DNA of 64,000 bases from an uncultured Gemmatimonadales bacterium (GTDB lineage: Bacteria; Gemmatimonadota; Gemmatimonadetes; Longimicrobiales; RSA9): positions 576,001 through 640,000 of the forward strand of contig CAWAMW010000002.1 in NCBI GenBank assembly GCA_963783305.1, written 5' to 3'. The notes below the pieces were generated by a model that saw only the letters and a program-made list of their open reading frames with translations, ran no database searches and was not told the origin of the DNA. This document shows positions 61,680-64,000 of this stretch, in pieces. The stretch's first letter is position 1. The number at the start of each line of letters is the position of its first letter. The translations under genes were made by a program, and so were the position numbers.

Positions 61680-62932
61680 TCGCCGCCCTCCTCTCCGTCC
61701 GCGTCCCCGCCCACCTCGAGGCCGAGCTCCAGCTCCGTGTCCCGCCAGTCCTCCGTGGCGGCCAGGTACGCGGCGCCAAGGGTCAGCAGCCGCTCCCGGT
61801 CCACCCCCGGCGTGGACGGCTCCCAGCCCGCCAGGAACAGCTCCACCTCCTCTTCCAGCGTGCGCCGCTGCGGCTCGTCGCTCGCCGCGCGCCGGCGCGT
61901 TTCCGGACGCCGCGCGTCCAGCTGGAAATGGAGCGCCTCGGCCTTCAGCGCGCGGATCTGCCCGTGGTCCAGCTCTCGGAAGAGCTCTCGGGGCATATCG
62001 GTGATGACCAGCCGCACCACCTTCCCATCCACCCCGCCCGGCAGCTCCGCCACCGCGCTCCGGATCCGCTCGTCGATCTCCTCGGCGGTCAGCCACTCGT
62101 CCACCACCGCGCCGCTCTCATCGGCGACCGGCCGACGAGCGCTGAAGCGGGGCAGGTCCACCACCTCCCGCGTCTTCACGTCCCGGAACTCGCCCGTCCG
62201 GGTCTCGGTGTCGTAGAGCACCCAACCCTTCCGCGTGTCGGCCTCCGCCCAGATGTTCGTGGCCGTGCGCTCGGTGGCGCCCGCGTACCAGAAGTTGGAC
62301 GCGATCCGCGTCGCGTTGTGGTAGTGGCCGAGCGCCACGTAGTCCCACGCCTCCTCATCGAGCGCTGAGCGCTCCAGGTGGGCGCCGCCATACTCCACCA
62401 TCCGGAGCAGCTGCTCGTCCACGCCCGTGCCGGAGACCGTACCATGGAGCATGAGCACGTTCGTGCCGGATTCCGGGTCCGGACGGAGGGCGGGCGGATC
62501 ATCGCCGACGAGCGCCGCGTGGGGCAGGCAGAAGACGGAGACATCGGGCTCCGTCAGGCGCACGGCGCGCGCCACGTCGTCCACCACGTGGATGTCCGGG
62601 ATCTCCGCAAGCAGTCTCAGGATGCTGCCCGCATCGATCGAGCGGGGAGAGTCGTGGTTGCCCGCGATCATCACCACCGGCACACCCGGGAGCCCCGCCC
62701 GGAGCCGCAGGAAGAGCCGGAACCCGTCCATGATGGCGCTGTTCGACGGCCGCACGGTGTGGAACACGTCCCCGGCCACCAGTACCAGGTCGGGGCGCAT
62801 CTCGATGACCTGCTCGATGGCGCGGCCGAGCGCCTCCGAGACGTCCCGCTCCCGCTGGTTCACTCCGCCCGGCGCCAGGCGGTGGTAGGCGCGGTACCCC
62901 AGGTGCAGGTCCGCGAGGTGCGCGATCAGCAC
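61676..62932 (-). CDS. sbcD: SbcD/Mre11 nuclease
   Basis: ADLHLG, AGDVFH, GNHD, HG, ALGHYH. Confidence 0.92.
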   Translation of the reverse strand: MLIAHLADLHLGYRAYHRLAPGGVNQRERDVSEALGRAIEQVIEMRPDLVLVAGDVFHTVRPSNSAIMDGFRLFLRLRAGLPGVPVVMIAGNHDSPRSIDAGSILRLLAEIPDIHVVDDVARAVRLTEPDVSVFCLPHAALVGDDPPALRPDPESGTNVLMLHGTVSGTGVDEQLLRMVEYGGAHLERSALDEEAWDYVALGHYHNATRIASNFWYAGATERTATNIWAEADTRKGWVLYDTETRTGEFRDVKTREVVDLPRFSARRPVADESGAVVDEWLTAEEIDERIRSAVAELPGGVDGKVVRLVITDMPRELFRELDHGQIRALKAEALHFQLDARRPETRRRAASDEPQRRTLEEEVELFLAGWEPSTPGVDRERLLTLGAAYLAATEDWRDTELELGLEVGGDADGEEGGE

Positions 62933-62933
62933 G

Positions 62934-63635
62934 TCATACCCCGCGTCCCAGAACGCTCACGGTTTCCCCATTGATGCCGGACGCGGCGGGGCTCGACAGG
63001 TACAGCGCCACCTCCACGACCTCATCCACGGCCACCCAGTCCGACCGGTCGGCGTCGGGCATGGAGGCACGGTTCTGCGGGGTGTCCAGGAGACCGGGCG
63101 CAATGGCGTTCACCCGCACGCCCGTCCCCTTCTCCTCCTTCGCAAGCGCTCGCGTCAGCGCCACCACGGCGGATTTCCCGGCGCTGTACGCCGCCATCCG
63201 CGCCACTGCCCGCTCGCCCGCCGGGGACGCGAAGTTGACGATCGCTCCGCGGGACTCCCGCAGCAGCGGCAGCGCGGCCCGGCTCACCAGGAACGCTGTC
63301 GTGGCGTTGGCATCCAGCTCGCTCTCCCACTCCTCCGGTGAGGTCTCCGCCACCGGCTTCACCACGTGCAGCCCGCCCGCCACATTCACGAGCACATCCA
63401 AGCGGCCCCAACGGTCGCGGGCTGCGGCCACCGCCCTCGCGGCCCCATCGGCCGTGGCCAGATCGGCCGCGACCCCCACCACGTCGCTCCCCAGCGCGCG
63501 GGCACGCTCCTCGATCCCCGCGCTTCGTCCGACCACCACGACCCGCGCGTTCTGCGCCGCGAACCTCCGCGCGATGGCGTGACCCACCTGCCCCTCGGAC
63601 CCCACACCCGTCACCAGCACCACCCGCTCCGACAT
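62934..63635 (-). CDS. SDR family oxidoreductase
   Basis: VLVTGVGSEGQVG, LVNVAG, YSAGK, VNAIAPG; GAGGAGG RBS before ATG 63635. Confidence 0.9.
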   Translation of the reverse strand: MSERVVLVTGVGSEGQVGHAIARRFAAQNARVVVVGRSAGIEERARALGSDVVGVAADLATADGAARAVAAARDRWGRLDVLVNVAGGLHVVKPVAETSPEEWESELDANATTAFLVSRAALPLLRESRGAIVNFASPAGERAVARMAAYSAGKSAVVALTRALAKEEKGTGVRVNAIAPGLLDTPQNRASMPDADRSDWVAVDEVVEVALYLSSPAASGINGETVSVLGRGV

Positions 63636-64000
63636 TGTCGCCTCCTCGGGGTCGCCCGGAATCCCCATTTCCAGTGACCCGGCCGTGGTGAGTATCAACG
63701 CCAGCCCCAGGAACACCGGGCCCGGCGGGAACGTCGGGACGAGCCACGCCCCCGCGAGCATGGCCCCGGCCGCCGCACCTGCCAGCGCCGGAACCACCAC
63801 ACCGGCCACACCGGCCGACCGGCCGAGTGCGCCAGCCGACGGGCCCTCCCTGCGTCTTACCCCCAGCCGTGCCAGCACAGCGCCGATCGCGTACGCCGGC
63901 TCCGCCAGCAGGAATACCATCGCCAGGGGGCCGCCCCACCGCGTGGTCTGCGCGGCCGGTGAGCGGAGCCAGAAGGTGGCCACGAAGGACGCGACTACGA
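63636..64000 (-). CDS. Membrane protein C-terminal part, in frame with the SDR with no intervening stop (5' end beyond window)
   Basis: Hydrophobic frame open from the window edge into the SDR. Confidence 0.55.

Overview
Very GC-rich bacterial chromosomal window. Gene content suggests a diderm, possibly Gemmatimonadota (inference only). 1-9.8 kb: a Tad/Flp pilus operon on the minus strand (flp, a second flp lacking a start codon, cpaA, tadE, cpaB, cpaC, tadG, cpaE, cpaF, tadB, tadC, DUF192). It is preceded by a sigma-54 promoter, an NtrC-family two-component pair and a sigma-54-driven PEP-CTERM gene. 14.6-30 kb: three ABC export loci, an LLM oxidoreductase and an outer-membrane barrel. 30-44.6 kb: housekeeping and nucleotide-hydrolase genes (2 HIT, MazG-like, 2 NUDIX, DHH), proline dehydrogenase, queE, an HNH plus zincin-lipoprotein pair and an orphan E1-alpha. 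44.8-46.9 kb is the most unusual part. It holds a heavily degenerate, cas-less CRISPR-like array (36-nt repeats ending ATTGAAGC on the minus strand), then an AbiEi/DUF559 nuclease gene bracketed by 24-, 31/32- and ~61-bp tandem repeats. 47-64 kb: ftsH, a Zn-dehydrogenase plus oxoamine synthase pair, trpE, hydantoinase A, an OM barrel, a DUF2723 glycosyltransferase, EamA, sbcC/sbcD and an SDR. Four candidate sigma-54 promoters and several apparently leaderless genes are visible. No rRNA, tRNA, cas, integrase or transposase gene was recognised. All calls come from motif recognition by eye; no database searches were run.
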